From Bdellovibrionales bacterium (GTDB lineage: Bacteria > Bdellovibrionota > Bdellovibrionia > Bdellovibrionales > UBA1609), in the NCBI GenBank assembly GCA_965219095.1, contig CBDCMT010000001.1, positions 2,333,095 to 2,397,094 on the forward strand: 64,000 nucleotides of DNA, in the 5' to 3' direction. Below are positions 33,948-44,759 of this stretch, one piece after another (within the stretch, counting starts at the first letter, position 1; each line of letters opens with the position of its first letter). The notes below the pieces were generated by a model that was given only the letters and a program-made list of their open reading frames with translations, made no database searches and had not been told where the DNA came from. The translations under genes and the position numbers were made by a program.

Positions 33948-35027
33948 TTATGGCCTTGTCTTCTTGCGACCTTCTTGCATAGCAAAACGTTCAAACTCAC
34001 CGTACTCATGGAGCTTATTATAAAGTGTTTTAATGGTAATACCTAAAGCATTAGCCACTTGAGTTTTATTGCACTTAAAGTAAGTAAGAGCTTGAAGAAT
34101 GTATTGTCTTTCTAATTCTGCAAGAGTTATAGAAGAATCATACTCCACTAGATAAAACCTCTCAGAATCTATGGTCTGATTTTTCACAATCTCATAAGGT
34201 AAGTGTTCAAGACGAATAGTACTATTGCTTTCGCAAGTAACATGAAGCCGTTCACACAAATTTTGAAGCTCACGAACATTTCCTGGCCATTTGTATTCTT
34301 CTAGAACTCTATAAACTTTAGAATCAACTTTTAAACAAGGAGAGATAACTTGACTTCCCTTGGCTTTTTGAGACATAAAGAAATTAAAAAGAGGCTTAAT
34401 ATCCTCTCTACGACGACGCAGAGGACTTGTTTTTAAAACAATAGTGTTAATGCGATAAAATAAATCTTCACGAAATTGACTGACTTCAACTTCTTTTTCC
34501 AAGGCTTTATTTGTGGCACTAATCAAGCGAATATCAACTTTTAAAAGCTCTTTTCCTCCAACACGATAAAATTCACCGCTTTGCAAAAATCGAAGAAGTT
34601 TACTTTGAATTCCAAGACTAAGTTCTCCCACTTCATCTAAAAATAAAGTTCCTTGATGAGCTTTTTCTACAAAACCTACTTTTTGACTATAAGCTCCTGT
34701 AAAGGCACCTTTTTCATGTCCAAAGAGTTCACTTTCTAATAAAGATTCCTGAAGAGTCCCACAGTTGACCATAATAAAGGGAGCTTTTTTTCTATTAGAA
34801 CTCTCATGGAGGGTTTGAGCGATTAACTCTTTTCCTGTACCACTTTCTCCTAAAATAAGAACAGAAGATTGAGAGGCTGCCATTTTATAAACCATACCCA
34901 AAAGACGACTCATAACCTCTGATTTATAAATCATTTTCTTATTCCCCGTTTGAAAATCCTCACTTTCTTTCTGAGGTTTAATACCTTTTTTTATGACTTC
35001 ATTAAATTCTCTTTTATTGTCTGACAT
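33948..35027 (-). CDS. Sigma54-dependent transcriptional activator (AAA+ and Fis HTH, no sensory domain)
   Basis: GESGTGKE, GAFTGA, WPGNVREL, C-terminal HTH. Confidence 0.93.
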   Translation of the reverse strand: MSDNKREFNEVIKKGIKPQKESEDFQTGNKKMIYKSEVMSRLLGMVYKMAASQSSVLILGESGTGKELIAQTLHESSNRKKAPFIMVNCGTLQESLLESELFGHEKGAFTGAYSQKVGFVEKAHQGTLFLDEVGELSLGIQSKLLRFLQSGEFYRVGGKELLKVDIRLISATNKALEKEVEVSQFREDLFYRINTIVLKTSPLRRRREDIKPLFNFFMSQKAKGSQVISPCLKVDSKVYRVLEEYKWPGNVRELQNLCERLHVTCESNSTIRLEHLPYEIVKNQTIDSERFYLVEYDSSITLAELERQYILQALTYFKCNKTQVANALGITIKTLYNKLHEYGEFERFAMQEGRKKTRP

Positions 35028-35348
35028 ATTGACTCCTTTACATTTTGTTTATTTTTATTTTCTCTTCCCTTTCTTTTTTGCACTAGATTTAAGCTCTGGT
35101 TTCAATCTTATGCTATGCATTAGACTATACGCATTAAGTAACTTTTTCAAGTTTTTTTTTATGAAATAGTAAAATTTACAATAAAAATCCCTGTAACCTG
35201 ATTAAAAGGGTCAACAGTTAGTTTCTAGGCTTATAATTGAAGTTTCTGATCAATTTTCAAATCAAAGCTATAATACTTCTGAAGTTTAAAAGCCTGGTTG
35301 TCAAATTTTTAAACACTGTTAACAATTTTTGTCATTTCAGGTATTTGT

Positions 35349-35480
35349 TGTAATAGACGTGTCAGATCATAACGTAAGTCGGTTTCTTAATAGCCCTTGA
35401 CTCCTACGAGGAGGATATTTCTTAGATTTTAAAGGTAAAGTTGTTCAGAAATACATCCGTCATATTGGAAAAGAAGTTAA
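35349..35480 (+). mobile_element. Stacked IS scraps: IS481 end, IS66-B end, IS1634 fragment
   Basis: TGTAATAGACG; GTAAGTCGGTT; codes KVVQKYIRHIGKEVN. Confidence 0.7.
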
Positions 35481-35614
35481 TAATACCAATTACAGAAATT
35501 AATTCGACATTTTCATGTTCAAATTTAAAATTTTAAAATTGACTTAAGGAAAAGCTTCAGTTAGGAGATTTTAAAAAAACTTCTTTTGAGGGGAGGTTAA
35601 GTTTTCATAAGATA
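35481..35614 (+). mobile_element. End of an unclassified IS (TAATACCAATT terminus); empty IS110 target site
   Basis: Equals the joined flanks of the IS110 copy at 60311-61574, with a single GAC at 35506-35508. Confidence 0.8.
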
Positions 35615-35741
35615 AGTTTATTTCAGGTATATCTATTTGTTGTGTGAATCGATTGATGGGTTAAAATAAGTGAAAAAGTGAGGGTAAAATTTAAAATGAC
35701 AAAAATCAGTTAAACAATTTAATTTATAGGTTCAAATTAAT

Positions 35742-35968
35742 TTACAAGCTTGATTCATCTTGTTGTTTTCCCCAAGATCGAGTGCATAATTTTTTAATCC
35801 TGCCCTCCTGATCGCAAAAAGTATTCCAGGCCTCACAACAAGTATTCACTATATGGTCATAGTTTTTAAAACATGCATTCGATAATTTGATCCTTCGTAA
35901 TTGTTGCCAGACTTGTTCCATGGGATTTAATTCTGGACTATAAGGAGGTAAAGGCATCAGGGATAAAT
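35742..35968 (-). pseudogene. IS630-family (third type) transposase C-terminal fragment
   Basis: LPPYSPELNPMEQVWQQLR. Confidence 0.8.
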
Positions 35969-37182
35969 TGTAATAGACGTTATATGATCTGACAGTTACC
36001 CTTTCTGGGTTGATAAAAAACTGTCTGTCAGTTTGCGTTCTGTTCAATCATCTTTTGCCTTACTTTTTGTTTTCCGTCAAGGAAAGTTTCCATAGGTGTT
36101 CGACCACAACACATTTTTCCCTGATGAGTTCTCCTTTCATTATATTTCACAAGCCACAAGTCAAGGTCAGACTGCAACTCTTCTATGCTTTTGTACACTT
36201 TTTTTCTAAACTCCACTTGATAAAACTCCTCTAAAATTGTTCTATGAAATCTTTCACAGATGCCATTGGTTTGAGGATGTCTTGCCTTTGTTTTTGTGTG
36301 TTCTATATCATTGATAGCCAAATAAAGCTCATAATCGTGACGATCTTGAACTCCACAGAACTCTGTACCCCTATCTGTTAACATACGAAGCAGGGGCACA
36401 TCATGGTCTTCAAAAAAAGGAAACACTCTATCATTGAGAAGGTCAGCTGCTGTAATAGGTGTTTTCGTTTTATAGAGCTTACAGAAAGCAATTTTTGAGT
36501 AAGTGTCCACAAAGGTTTGTTGATAAAGACGTCCTACACCTTTCATAGTTCCCACATAAAAAGTGTCCTGTGAGCCTAAATAACCAGGATGAGCTGTCTC
36601 TACCTCTCCGCACTCTAAATCCTCTTGTTTCTTCTTCTCTAGGGCTTGTAACTGCTCCTCTGTGAAAACCAAGCCTTCCTCTGCAGACTTCTTTTCTAAA
36701 GCTTTCAAACGCTTTTTGAAAGTCTCTAAATTATTTCTCAGCCAGACCCCTCTAACTCCTGCAGGAGAAATAAAAATTCCTTTTTTCCTTAACTCATTGG
36801 ACGCTCTCAACTGTCCATAGGCAGGAAGTTCTATAGCGATCCTTAAACAAGCCTCTTCTGTCGTTTGATCAACTCTGTTTTTTAAATTAGGCTTTCTACG
36901 ACTTTGCTCTCTTAATGATTCTAAACCTCCTTCCTCTTTGAGTGTCTTGTAACGATAAAATGTATCTCTTGAAAAGCCCATCACCTTACAAGCTTGAGAT
37001 ACATTGCCTAACTCTTCTGCTAATTGCAAAAGACCTACTTTTGATTTTATAATTCTTTCTTGATATGTCATTTTTGTTATCCTTTCTCCACCCTTTGGGG
37101 TGGTATTGTTTATTTAAAAGGGTAACCTCTTTTCATCTCTTTGACATTTCGAGACGTGTCAGATTAAGTTGCGACTATTACA
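35969..37182 (-). mobile_element. IS481-family element, intact transposase 36028-37071
   Basis: TGT...ACA ends with imperfect 26-bp IRs; TDRGTEF, PQTNGICERF. Confidence 0.95.
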
Positions 37183-37242
37183 GCTGATTGATGATTGGTA
37201 TGGCTCTCCCATTACTTTTTCAAAGGTTTATGAAGACATTCA

Positions 37243-37770
37243 TCAAGGATTTTTAAGCTGGTTTATGGATTTACCTTCTATTAAAAAATCTTTAACTTGG
37301 GCTTTACCATTAGCTATGACTGATATCACAATTTGTAGGTTTTTTTTCTGTAAGGATAGATTTCGTAAAGTAGAGTTCCAATACTTAGCTTTCTTTTCAG
37401 GAAGATAATACCTTTCAATACCTGCTTTAAACCCTCCATAAGAACACACTCCCTTTACCATAATCTGACAAAATCTAGGCTTCTCATAAGAAAATCCAAG
37501 AGGTTTTAAACAAATGTACGCTCTTTTAGAAATAACTTCCTGATTTTTTTGAGAATTACAGATCTCAGAAGAGCTTAATTCATAATCCACAGTGTAACGT
37601 AAATAATAACCTGAGAGAAAAGATCTGGGATCATAAGGCTTAACGGAAAGAATAACACTTTGACCTTGCATAAGAATGTATTTTTTATAAAAAGTAAGGC
37701 TTACAAGAGCGACAAAAGGAAATAAAAGAGCTAAAAGAAAAAGTGCTTTTTTCTGTTTCACAAAGCCCAC
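37243..37770 (-). CDS. GDYXXLXY domain membrane-anchored protein
   Basis: PYDPRSFLSGYY motif; GIERYY; downstream of a DUF2157-like gene. Confidence 0.75.
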   Translation of the reverse strand: MGFVKQKKALFLLALLFPFVALVSLTFYKKYILMQGQSVILSVKPYDPRSFLSGYYLRYTVDYELSSSEICNSQKNQEVISKRAYICLKPLGFSYEKPRFCQIMVKGVCSYGGFKAGIERYYLPEKKAKYWNSTLRNLSLQKKNLQIVISVIANGKAQVKDFLIEGKSINQLKNP

Positions 37771-38876
37771 CTCTTAAACCACTCTGTCATAGCTTGACTG
37801 TATTGATTCCATAAAACACTGACTAAAATAAAAACTGAGCCATAAATCATTAAGCTCAAACTTGTACTCAAAAGCCCTAAAGAAGCTATAATAAAAAAGA
37901 TAAGAAACCGAAGCTGAATAGCAATTAAAAAATATCTGAAAAGCCTTTCATAACCCCTCCTTAAAAACACAAGGCTAAGAGAAAAAAGCCCTAAAAGAAG
38001 AACAGTCATATGAAGAGGGAAAAAAAAGCTTATAAGAAAAACCAAAAGAAAGCATTTATCTTTCATATCAAAAGACGATTTAAAAAACAAATAAAGACTC
38101 ATAAAAAAAGCAAGAAAATAGCTTAAAATATAAACAGAGTTTGAAAAATCAAGAAGAGAAGATTCCTCGCCATGGATTAGAGTGGCATGGGTTAGGCCTA
38201 CTTCTTTATAAATAAAACTAAGAACAAAAACAAGAAGAGTCCATCCCCATAAAACTTTTGTTTGCTGTATGTTTTTAAAAAACAGATCTGAACTCATAGT
38301 TAAGAAAGCACTTATAAGGGGTAAAAATACAAAAATCGTAATGATTTCCTGATGGGCAAAAAAGTTAGTGTTTAATAAAAAATGAGCGAAGCCGAAAAAA
38401 AATCCCATAAGCCATAAAAAAAAAGCTACCGGTTTTTTAGAAAAAAGCACAACTCCAAAAGTAATCAAAGACCAGAAAAGAAGTGCATCAGGCAATTCAC
38501 CCCCTGTATTATAAACTTGAGAGATAAGACCAATAGAAGCTAGACAAAAAAGTAAAAAAGCTAAGAGAATACTCTCAAAATAGAGGGGGTTTTTTTTCTC
38601 CCAAAAATAAAAACTAAAAGATCCTAAGACCATAAGAATGAAAAAATCAGCCACTAATTTAACAGTGTCAGATAGATCGTTCCAGTTGCTTGCTATGAAA
38701 GAAATAACACCTAATAAAAAGGTGATCACTCCTATAGTAAGAAATCCTGCAACAAAACGACGGCCTGCAGGCTTTTGGTTTCTTTCTAGTAAAATGATCT
38801 CTTCAGCCTGCTTTGATGTAATTAACTTCTCCTTCACCCATTTCTGAAGGTTTTTTTCAAGTTGCTTTATTTTCAT
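37758..38876 (-). CDS. DUF2157-like membrane protein
   Basis: W...LIT..QA, GVISFIASNW, LISQVYN motifs. Confidence 0.8.
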   Translation of the reverse strand: MKIKQLEKNLQKWVKEKLITSKQAEEIILLERNQKPAGRRFVAGFLTIGVITFLLGVISFIASNWNDLSDTVKLVADFFILMVLGSFSFYFWEKKNPLYFESILLAFLLFCLASIGLISQVYNTGGELPDALLFWSLITFGVVLFSKKPVAFFLWLMGFFFGFAHFLLNTNFFAHQEIITIFVFLPLISAFLTMSSDLFFKNIQQTKVLWGWTLLVFVLSFIYKEVGLTHATLIHGEESSLLDFSNSVYILSYFLAFFMSLYLFFKSSFDMKDKCFLLVFLISFFFPLHMTVLLLGLFSLSLVFLRRGYERLFRYFLIAIQLRFLIFFIIASLGLLSTSLSLMIYGSVFILVSVLWNQYSQAMTEWFKRWAL

Positions 38877-39325
38877 GCTCTTTTAAGAGTACCAAATATT
38901 TTTTCTTTTTAAAATCTCCTTTCTTACATCAACAAAAGTCTTGAAACATAGACTAAAGGGGAAAAGATTTACAACTTATTGAAATTTATAGTCTTTTTTG
39001 TCACGATAAAGAGAAGCCCATCTTATGACAAAAAAAGCCATCTTAGCCCTTTTAAAATACCTTCAAAAGTTTCATAAAGATACCCCTTTTTTAAACACTC
39101 TCTTTAGTAAGAAGAATCTTGAACATCTTTTGTGCCAAATTAAAAAAATAAAGAAATCAAGTCCTATGTATAAAATTCAACAAGCTATCTAAAGATAAAG
39201 ATTATGGAAAAAACTCTACAAGCCCCTTTATCCTTTCATTCAACGAAACAACAGATCGTAAAAAAACTTAAAAAAAATATAAACCATCAAAGAAATCAAA
39301 ATTATTTTTTTAGTTTGTAAACTTT

Positions 39326-40681
39326 ATGAAATTAAGAGATTTTTTATCAGAACAGCAAATATCAAAAGAGCCTGAAATCCTAGCAATTTACGGTAGAGAC
39401 TGGAACTCCCATTACAAAGCCCATCCTTCTTGTGTGATTTTTGTGGAAACTACCGAACAAGTGCAAAAACTGGTCCATTACGCTAGAGAAAAAAAAACTT
39501 CCTTAGTCCCTTCAGGAGGTAGGACAGGGTTAAGTGGTGGAGCTACTGCAACACAACAAGAGATGATTGTTTCTTTTGAAAGAATGAACAAAATTTTAAA
39601 CTTTAACCCCATAGATCGTATTTTAACTTGTCAGGCAGGCACAATTACAGAAGAGATCCAAAATTTTGCAAAAACAAAAAATATTTACTTTCCCGTTGAT
39701 TTTGCCTCTAAGGGTTCAAGCCATATTGGGGGCAACGTAGCAACTAACGCAGGAGGAATGAAAGTCATTCGCTACGGACTTATCCGTCAATGGATCACAG
39801 GACTTCAGGTAGTCACAGGAAAAGGAGATGTTCTTCATCTAAACAACTCTTTAGTCAAAAACGCTACGGGTTATGACTTAAGACATCTATTCATCGGAAG
39901 TGAAGGCACTTTAGGTTTTATTACTGAAGTCTCTTGTCAATTGACAAAGCCTTTCTGCTCTTTGCAAGTTCTTGTTCTTTCGCTCCCCACCTTAGACAGT
40001 CTTATGAAAGTGTTTGAAGCTTTTCGAGTATTTGATTTAACAGCTTTTGAAATGTTTTCCCAAAAAGCTTTACAGATCACTTTAAAATCTCTCAAAATCA
40101 AAAACCCCCTCTCTTCCCAAACCCCTTATTACGTTCTTATTGAAATAGAAGCCCCTCCACAAAAGCATCTTTTAGAGGTTTTTGAACACTGTCTCTCAAA
40201 AGGTTGGACTCTGGGAGGAGAGATGAGCCAAAACCAACAACAATTTCGGACCCTTTGGAGCTTAAGAGAGGGCGTGTCAGAAGCTCTAGCCTTTTTACAG
40301 CCTTATAAAAATGATGTTTCTGTAAAAATTTCTGACATTCCTGATTTTTTAAAGAAGGCAAATGAGCTTCTTTATAAAAATTATCCTGATTTTGAGGTTC
40401 TATGGTTTGGGCATATTGGAGACGGAAACCTGCATATTAACATTTTAAAGCCCCCTTCTTTAGATTTAAAAGAGTTTCTTAAAACTTGTAAAAAAACAGA
40501 CGAGCTTCTTTTCTCCGTTCTCAAAGACTATAAAGGAAGCATTTCTGCAGAACACGGAGTTGGTCTTTTAAAAAAAGACTTCCTTTCCTTTACTCGCTCA
40601 AAAGAAGAGATTGAAATTATGAAATCCATTAAATCTGTTTTTGACCCCTCAGGAATTTTAAACCCAGGAAAAATCTTTTAG
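39326..40681 (+). CDS. FAD-binding oxidoreductase (D-2-hydroxyacid dehydrogenase, GlcD-like family)
   Basis: GGRTGLSGG, GSEGTLG, GHIGDGNLH, SAEHGVG, NPGK. Confidence 0.92.
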   Translation: MKLRDFLSEQQISKEPEILAIYGRDWNSHYKAHPSCVIFVETTEQVQKLVHYAREKKTSLVPSGGRTGLSGGATATQQEMIVSFERMNKILNFNPIDRILTCQAGTITEEIQNFAKTKNIYFPVDFASKGSSHIGGNVATNAGGMKVIRYGLIRQWITGLQVVTGKGDVLHLNNSLVKNATGYDLRHLFIGSEGTLGFITEVSCQLTKPFCSLQVLVLSLPTLDSLMKVFEAFRVFDLTAFEMFSQKALQITLKSLKIKNPLSSQTPYYVLIEIEAPPQKHLLEVFEHCLSKGWTLGGEMSQNQQQFRTLWSLREGVSEALAFLQPYKNDVSVKISDIPDFLKKANELLYKNYPDFEVLWFGHIGDGNLHINILKPPSLDLKEFLKTCKKTDELLFSVLKDYKGSISAEHGVGLLKKDFLSFTRSKEEIEIMKSIKSVFDPSGILNPGKIF

Positions 40682-40689
40682 AAGCTTTC

Positions 40690-42291
40690 CTATTGTTTCA
40701 ACTGCCAATAATTTCTACCTATAGTATACTTGTAGGTGTCTTTTTCCATGCTGACACGATCACTTACAGCATAGAGATCATAAATACGATTGAACATAAA
40801 AATATAAGGAGCATCGTAAGCTATCTTTCTATAAATTTTTTTATACACTTTGATACGTTTGCTTCTATCGAGAATGTTCCTTCCCTTATCAATGAGTTTA
40901 TCCACCTTAGAGTTGGAATAGGAGATAAAGTTAGAGCCTCCTTTTTTTATAGAAGAAGTATGCCAAATTTGTTTGGGATCATTGTCCACAGAACCAGCAC
41001 TCCATCCCAGGTTAACAGCATCAAACTCTTTTTCATCAAGTTTTTTCAAAAAAGAACTCCACTCCAAATACTGAAGCTTCATATCAATGCCGGATTTTTT
41101 TAAATCTTCTTTATAAATCGTAAAATACTTTTCTCTTTCTTTATTAACTAAAAGAAGTGTAAATTTGAAATCCACCCTCTTGTCTTTGATTTTCTTATCT
41201 AAAATGCCGTCCTTATTAGAATCAGCCCAACCTGCTTTTCTCAACAGCATTTGAGCTTTTTTAGGATTATACTTAAAAGGTTCAACTTTAGCAGCATAAG
41301 GGCTTTGCTGATACCAAGGACCTGTTGCAAGTAAACTCATATCAAACAAAAACTTTTTGATCATAAGACGTCTATTCATCAAATGGGCTAAAGCCCAACG
41401 CACCTTTCTATCTTTAAACAGCTCTTTTTTAAGATTCCAACCTACATAACCATAACCTTTAGGGGCAGAGTTCTGTGTTTTTTTCTTAAAGTACTTTTTT
41501 CCCCACTGAGTTCCTTGTGTTTTTGTTACATAGTCTTCGACTCTTAGGCCAGTAAAATCCAATTGGCCCTTTTTAAAAACCTCAAGACTTACTAGGCTTT
41601 CTTTAATGAAACGAAAGTAAATTTTGGGAATCCTATAAGTTGTTTTTAAATCTTTAACCTTATGACCCCACCACTGAGGATTTTTTTCTAAAATGATAGA
41701 GCGTCCTTTGTTGTATTTTGCCAACTTGTAAGCTCCCGATCCTACTAAAATTTTATTGTTTTTCTTATCATTATTATAAATATGACGAGGAATAGCCGTT
41801 AATCCCGCCATGGTAGCAAAGTTTCCAAAGTAGTTGTTTTTTAAGCGAATTTCCAAAGTATAATCATCAATAACTTTTACCGATTTTAAGCCATCATAAT
41901 AAGGTATAATATTATAGGCCTCAAATTTAGGATCATGAATAGCATCATAAAAAAACTTAACATCATAAGCTGTAACGGGTTTTCCATCATGAAATTTTGC
42001 ATTTTTTCTTATATAAAACCTATAGGTTTTTTGATCAGGACTCATCGTATATTTATAAGCTAGGTAAGGCTTAAACTCATAAGTATCAGGATCCCTTATC
42101 ATCAAAGAATCGAGAACATAGCTTTGTATTTGGCTTGAATAGTAATCAGAGCTTTTAATAGGATGAAGGGTTTCGGGCTCTAATTGCAGATTATCAAAGA
42201 AAACACCCTTAGGCCTTTTATCAGAACCTGCATATGTAAAAAAGCCTAAAAAGAAAAAACCTAAAGTCCATACCACTAAAATAAAACGCAT
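40690..42291 (-). CDS. Peptide ABC transporter substrate-binding protein (family 5)
   Basis: FHDGKPVTAYDV, GSGAY, FKDRKVRWAL motifs. Confidence 0.9.
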   Translation of the reverse strand: MRFILVVWTLGFFFLGFFTYAGSDKRPKGVFFDNLQLEPETLHPIKSSDYYSSQIQSYVLDSLMIRDPDTYEFKPYLAYKYTMSPDQKTYRFYIRKNAKFHDGKPVTAYDVKFFYDAIHDPKFEAYNIIPYYDGLKSVKVIDDYTLEIRLKNNYFGNFATMAGLTAIPRHIYNNDKKNNKILVGSGAYKLAKYNKGRSIILEKNPQWWGHKVKDLKTTYRIPKIYFRFIKESLVSLEVFKKGQLDFTGLRVEDYVTKTQGTQWGKKYFKKKTQNSAPKGYGYVGWNLKKELFKDRKVRWALAHLMNRRLMIKKFLFDMSLLATGPWYQQSPYAAKVEPFKYNPKKAQMLLRKAGWADSNKDGILDKKIKDKRVDFKFTLLLVNKEREKYFTIYKEDLKKSGIDMKLQYLEWSSFLKKLDEKEFDAVNLGWSAGSVDNDPKQIWHTSSIKKGGSNFISYSNSKVDKLIDKGRNILDRSKRIKVYKKIYRKIAYDAPYIFMFNRIYDLYAVSDRVSMEKDTYKYTIGRNYWQLKQ

Positions 42292-42385
42292 AGAAATCTC
42301 CTCTTTTTTATGAATCTCTTGACTTGTTTAATAGAATAAACATAAAACAGCACTATTGTAAAGGGAAAAAAGAAAGAAGATTAAA

Positions 42386-42964
42386 ATGTTCAGTTTTTTC
42401 AAAAAAATGTACAACCAGGCTATGAATAAAGCTCGAAACAATCCTAAAACATCAGCTTTTTCCTTGGGTCTTCTCAGCATGGGGGAAAGCGTTATCGTTC
42501 CTATTCCTGTTGACCCTTTCCTTATTTTCTTAGCTTTAGCCCAACAAAAAAAAGCTCTCAAACTTGCCACTATAACAACTCTCAGTTCTACACTAGGAGG
42601 TGTCATAGGCTATTTTTTAGGTTTTTTCTTTTGGTCTCAAATATCAACTTATGTTCCAGAACACATCCACCTCCATCTCAATACGGTTTTTGAGTACTTT
42701 AGAAAATACGATGCTCTATCGATCTTTATTGCTGGATTTACCTATATACCCTATAAAATCTTCACTTTAGGAGCAGGAATCGCTCAAATTTCTTTTATTA
42801 ATTTTGTTATCTTTTCACTTCTTGGAAGAGGGCTTAGATTTTTTATCATAGGAGGCTTGATTTATTGGAAAGGGCCCTTTATTGAGCCTTTCTTGAAGAA
42901 GCACATAGGAGTCATTATCATAGCTATTACTACTTTTATCCTTCTTATCTACTTTCTTTCTTAA
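42386..42964 (+). CDS. DedA/YqaA (VTT) family membrane protein
   Basis: ESVIVPIPVD, IPYKIFT, GRGLRFF. Confidence 0.88.
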   Translation: MFSFFKKMYNQAMNKARNNPKTSAFSLGLLSMGESVIVPIPVDPFLIFLALAQQKKALKLATITTLSSTLGGVIGYFLGFFFWSQISTYVPEHIHLHLNTVFEYFRKYDALSIFIAGFTYIPYKIFTLGAGIAQISFINFVIFSLLGRGLRFFIIGGLIYWKGPFIEPFLKKHIGVIIIAITTFILLIYFLS

Positions 42965-42967
42965 AAG

Positions 42968-44002
42968 ATGACCTCTTTAGAAAACCATGGCAATTCTTTT
43001 AAAACTCTTTTCGGACTTCCTCCGGAAAAAACAGCACCTGTTATCGTTTTACCTGTCTTATGGGATGTGAGTACATCTTTTCTGCCAGGAGCACATAAAG
43101 CTCCTGAAGCTATTTTAAAAGTAAGTGATCAAATGGATCTTTTTCACCCTTGTTGGCAGGATTTCAAAGTCACCATGGAAACCTTTTGTCAAAAACAAAA
43201 AAAACAAAATAAAAAGTTAAGAAAGATTTCAAAAAAAATCTTTCAAGCTTTAGAATCAAAATCAAGCCTCACACACACACTCCAAAAAAAACTCCAATAC
43301 ATAAACCTAGCTTCAGAAAAACTCAACCAATGGGTTTATAACAAAAGCTCACACTACCTTCAACAAGAACGTTTTGTGGGAGTGTTAGGAGGGGATCACT
43401 CCTCTCCTTTAGGATTGGTCACAGCACTTTCAGAAAAATATAAGAAAGAGGGTTTTGGTATTTTGCACATTGACGCTCACGCTGATTTAAGAGAAAATTA
43501 CTGTGGCTTCACTCACTCTCATGCCTCGTTTGTAAATCAAGTTCTTAAACTCCCCTATCCCCCCTTAAAGATAGCTCAAATAGGTTTAAGAGACTTTTCA
43601 GCTTCAGAGTACAAACGAATCCAAGAGGATAAGAAATTAGAGCTTTTTAGTGATTTTGATTTAAGACGAAAAAAGTCACAAGGTCAACTATGGCATAATT
43701 TATGCTTAGATATACTTCATACACTTCCTAAAAACATCTACATATCTTTGGATGTGGACGGTCTTGAACTCTCCTGTTGTCCTGATACAGGCACTCCTGT
43801 GCCAGGAGGTTTGAGTTTTTCTGAAGTGATTTACCTTTTAGAACTGTTAGCAGGTACTCATAAGCCTTTTTGTGAGAAAACCATCATAGGCTTTGATCTT
43901 GTAGAGGTACGCCCTGTGAAGCACAATCAAGTCAATGAACTTGTAGGGGCTAAGCTTCTTTTTTATCTTTGTGGCTGGATTCAAAATCAAAAAACGAATT
44001 AA
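42968..44002 (+). CDS. speB: Agmatinase/ureohydrolase family protein
   Basis: GGDHS, DAHADL, SLDVDGL...PDTGTPVPGG, DLVE. Confidence 0.8.
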   Translation: MTSLENHGNSFKTLFGLPPEKTAPVIVLPVLWDVSTSFLPGAHKAPEAILKVSDQMDLFHPCWQDFKVTMETFCQKQKKQNKKLRKISKKIFQALESKSSLTHTLQKKLQYINLASEKLNQWVYNKSSHYLQQERFVGVLGGDHSSPLGLVTALSEKYKKEGFGILHIDAHADLRENYCGFTHSHASFVNQVLKLPYPPLKIAQIGLRDFSASEYKRIQEDKKLELFSDFDLRRKKSQGQLWHNLCLDILHTLPKNIYISLDVDGLELSCCPDTGTPVPGGLSFSEVIYLLELLAGTHKPFCEKTIIGFDLVEVRPVKHNQVNELVGAKLLFYLCGWIQNQKTN

Positions 44003-44008
44003 TTGTCT

Positions 44009-44380
44009 TTAATTAACCGCCTTTTTTCTTTTTAAATCTAATTCTCTGATTTCAGCACCCTCAATACTTAGGCGAGTCCAAGGAATAGCCAGAAGACGTT
44101 GCTTTTCAATAAGCTCCTCTGTTTCTTCACAAACACCATACACACCATTTTCTATGCGATGCAAAGCTAGATCGATTTCCCTGATTTTAAAACGAAGTCG
44201 ATCATTAGCTTGTAAATTCGCTGTTTCATCTTGAGCACGTAAACTTTGATCAGCTTCATCACCCCCTCTTTCAATTTGATGGCTCATTTGCTCCTGCAAG
44301 AGACGTTGCTGACTGAGTAAATCTTCTCTTTCTTGAAGTAGCTTTTCTTTGCAAGCATAGATTAGATCATTTCTTTTCAT
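44009..44380 (-). CDS. dksA: DksA/TraR family protein
   Basis: DEADQ coiled-coil tip, YGVCEET, RLLAIPW; start after G-rich RBS. Confidence 0.8.
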   Translation of the reverse strand: MKRNDLIYACKEKLLQEREDLLSQQRLLQEQMSHQIERGGDEADQSLRAQDETANLQANDRLRFKIREIDLALHRIENGVYGVCEETEELIEKQRLLAIPWTRLSIEGAEIRELDLKRKKAVN

Positions 44381-44759
44381 ATCCCCCCCTGTTTGTTCAT
44401 ACATAACTACTCTATATTATAAATATAGAAAAAGCATTTAATGAGTATTTACACACCTAAAAGAAAAAAATCAACTAAAAAAATAAAAATCTCTCTCTTT
44501 GTTTCCTTTAGTCCTATTTTTTATTGTGAAATAAGATCAAAAAAACCACAAATTAAATTTTCTCTTTGTATCAACATAAGACACTTTTATATTAAATTAA
44601 TACAGATCAACCTTGTGACTATTTATAATTCTCTGCAGAAAACCCTCTACACACTGTAAGCCATAAATAGTACAGCAAAATAAGTTACAAAAATTAAACC
44701 GACCACGTCCCCTATATAGGGGGGAGTTTTTTTCTAATACCAATTACAGAAATTAATTC

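Noticed and set aside
39025..39261. Small ORF or frameshifted gene (MTKKAILALL...)
   Set aside because: 55 aa, AT-rich, no motif; unsupported
44709..44733. Palindrome CCCCTATATAGGGG followed by a T-run as a terminator
   Set aside because: No credible upstream gene on that strand; function cannot be supported
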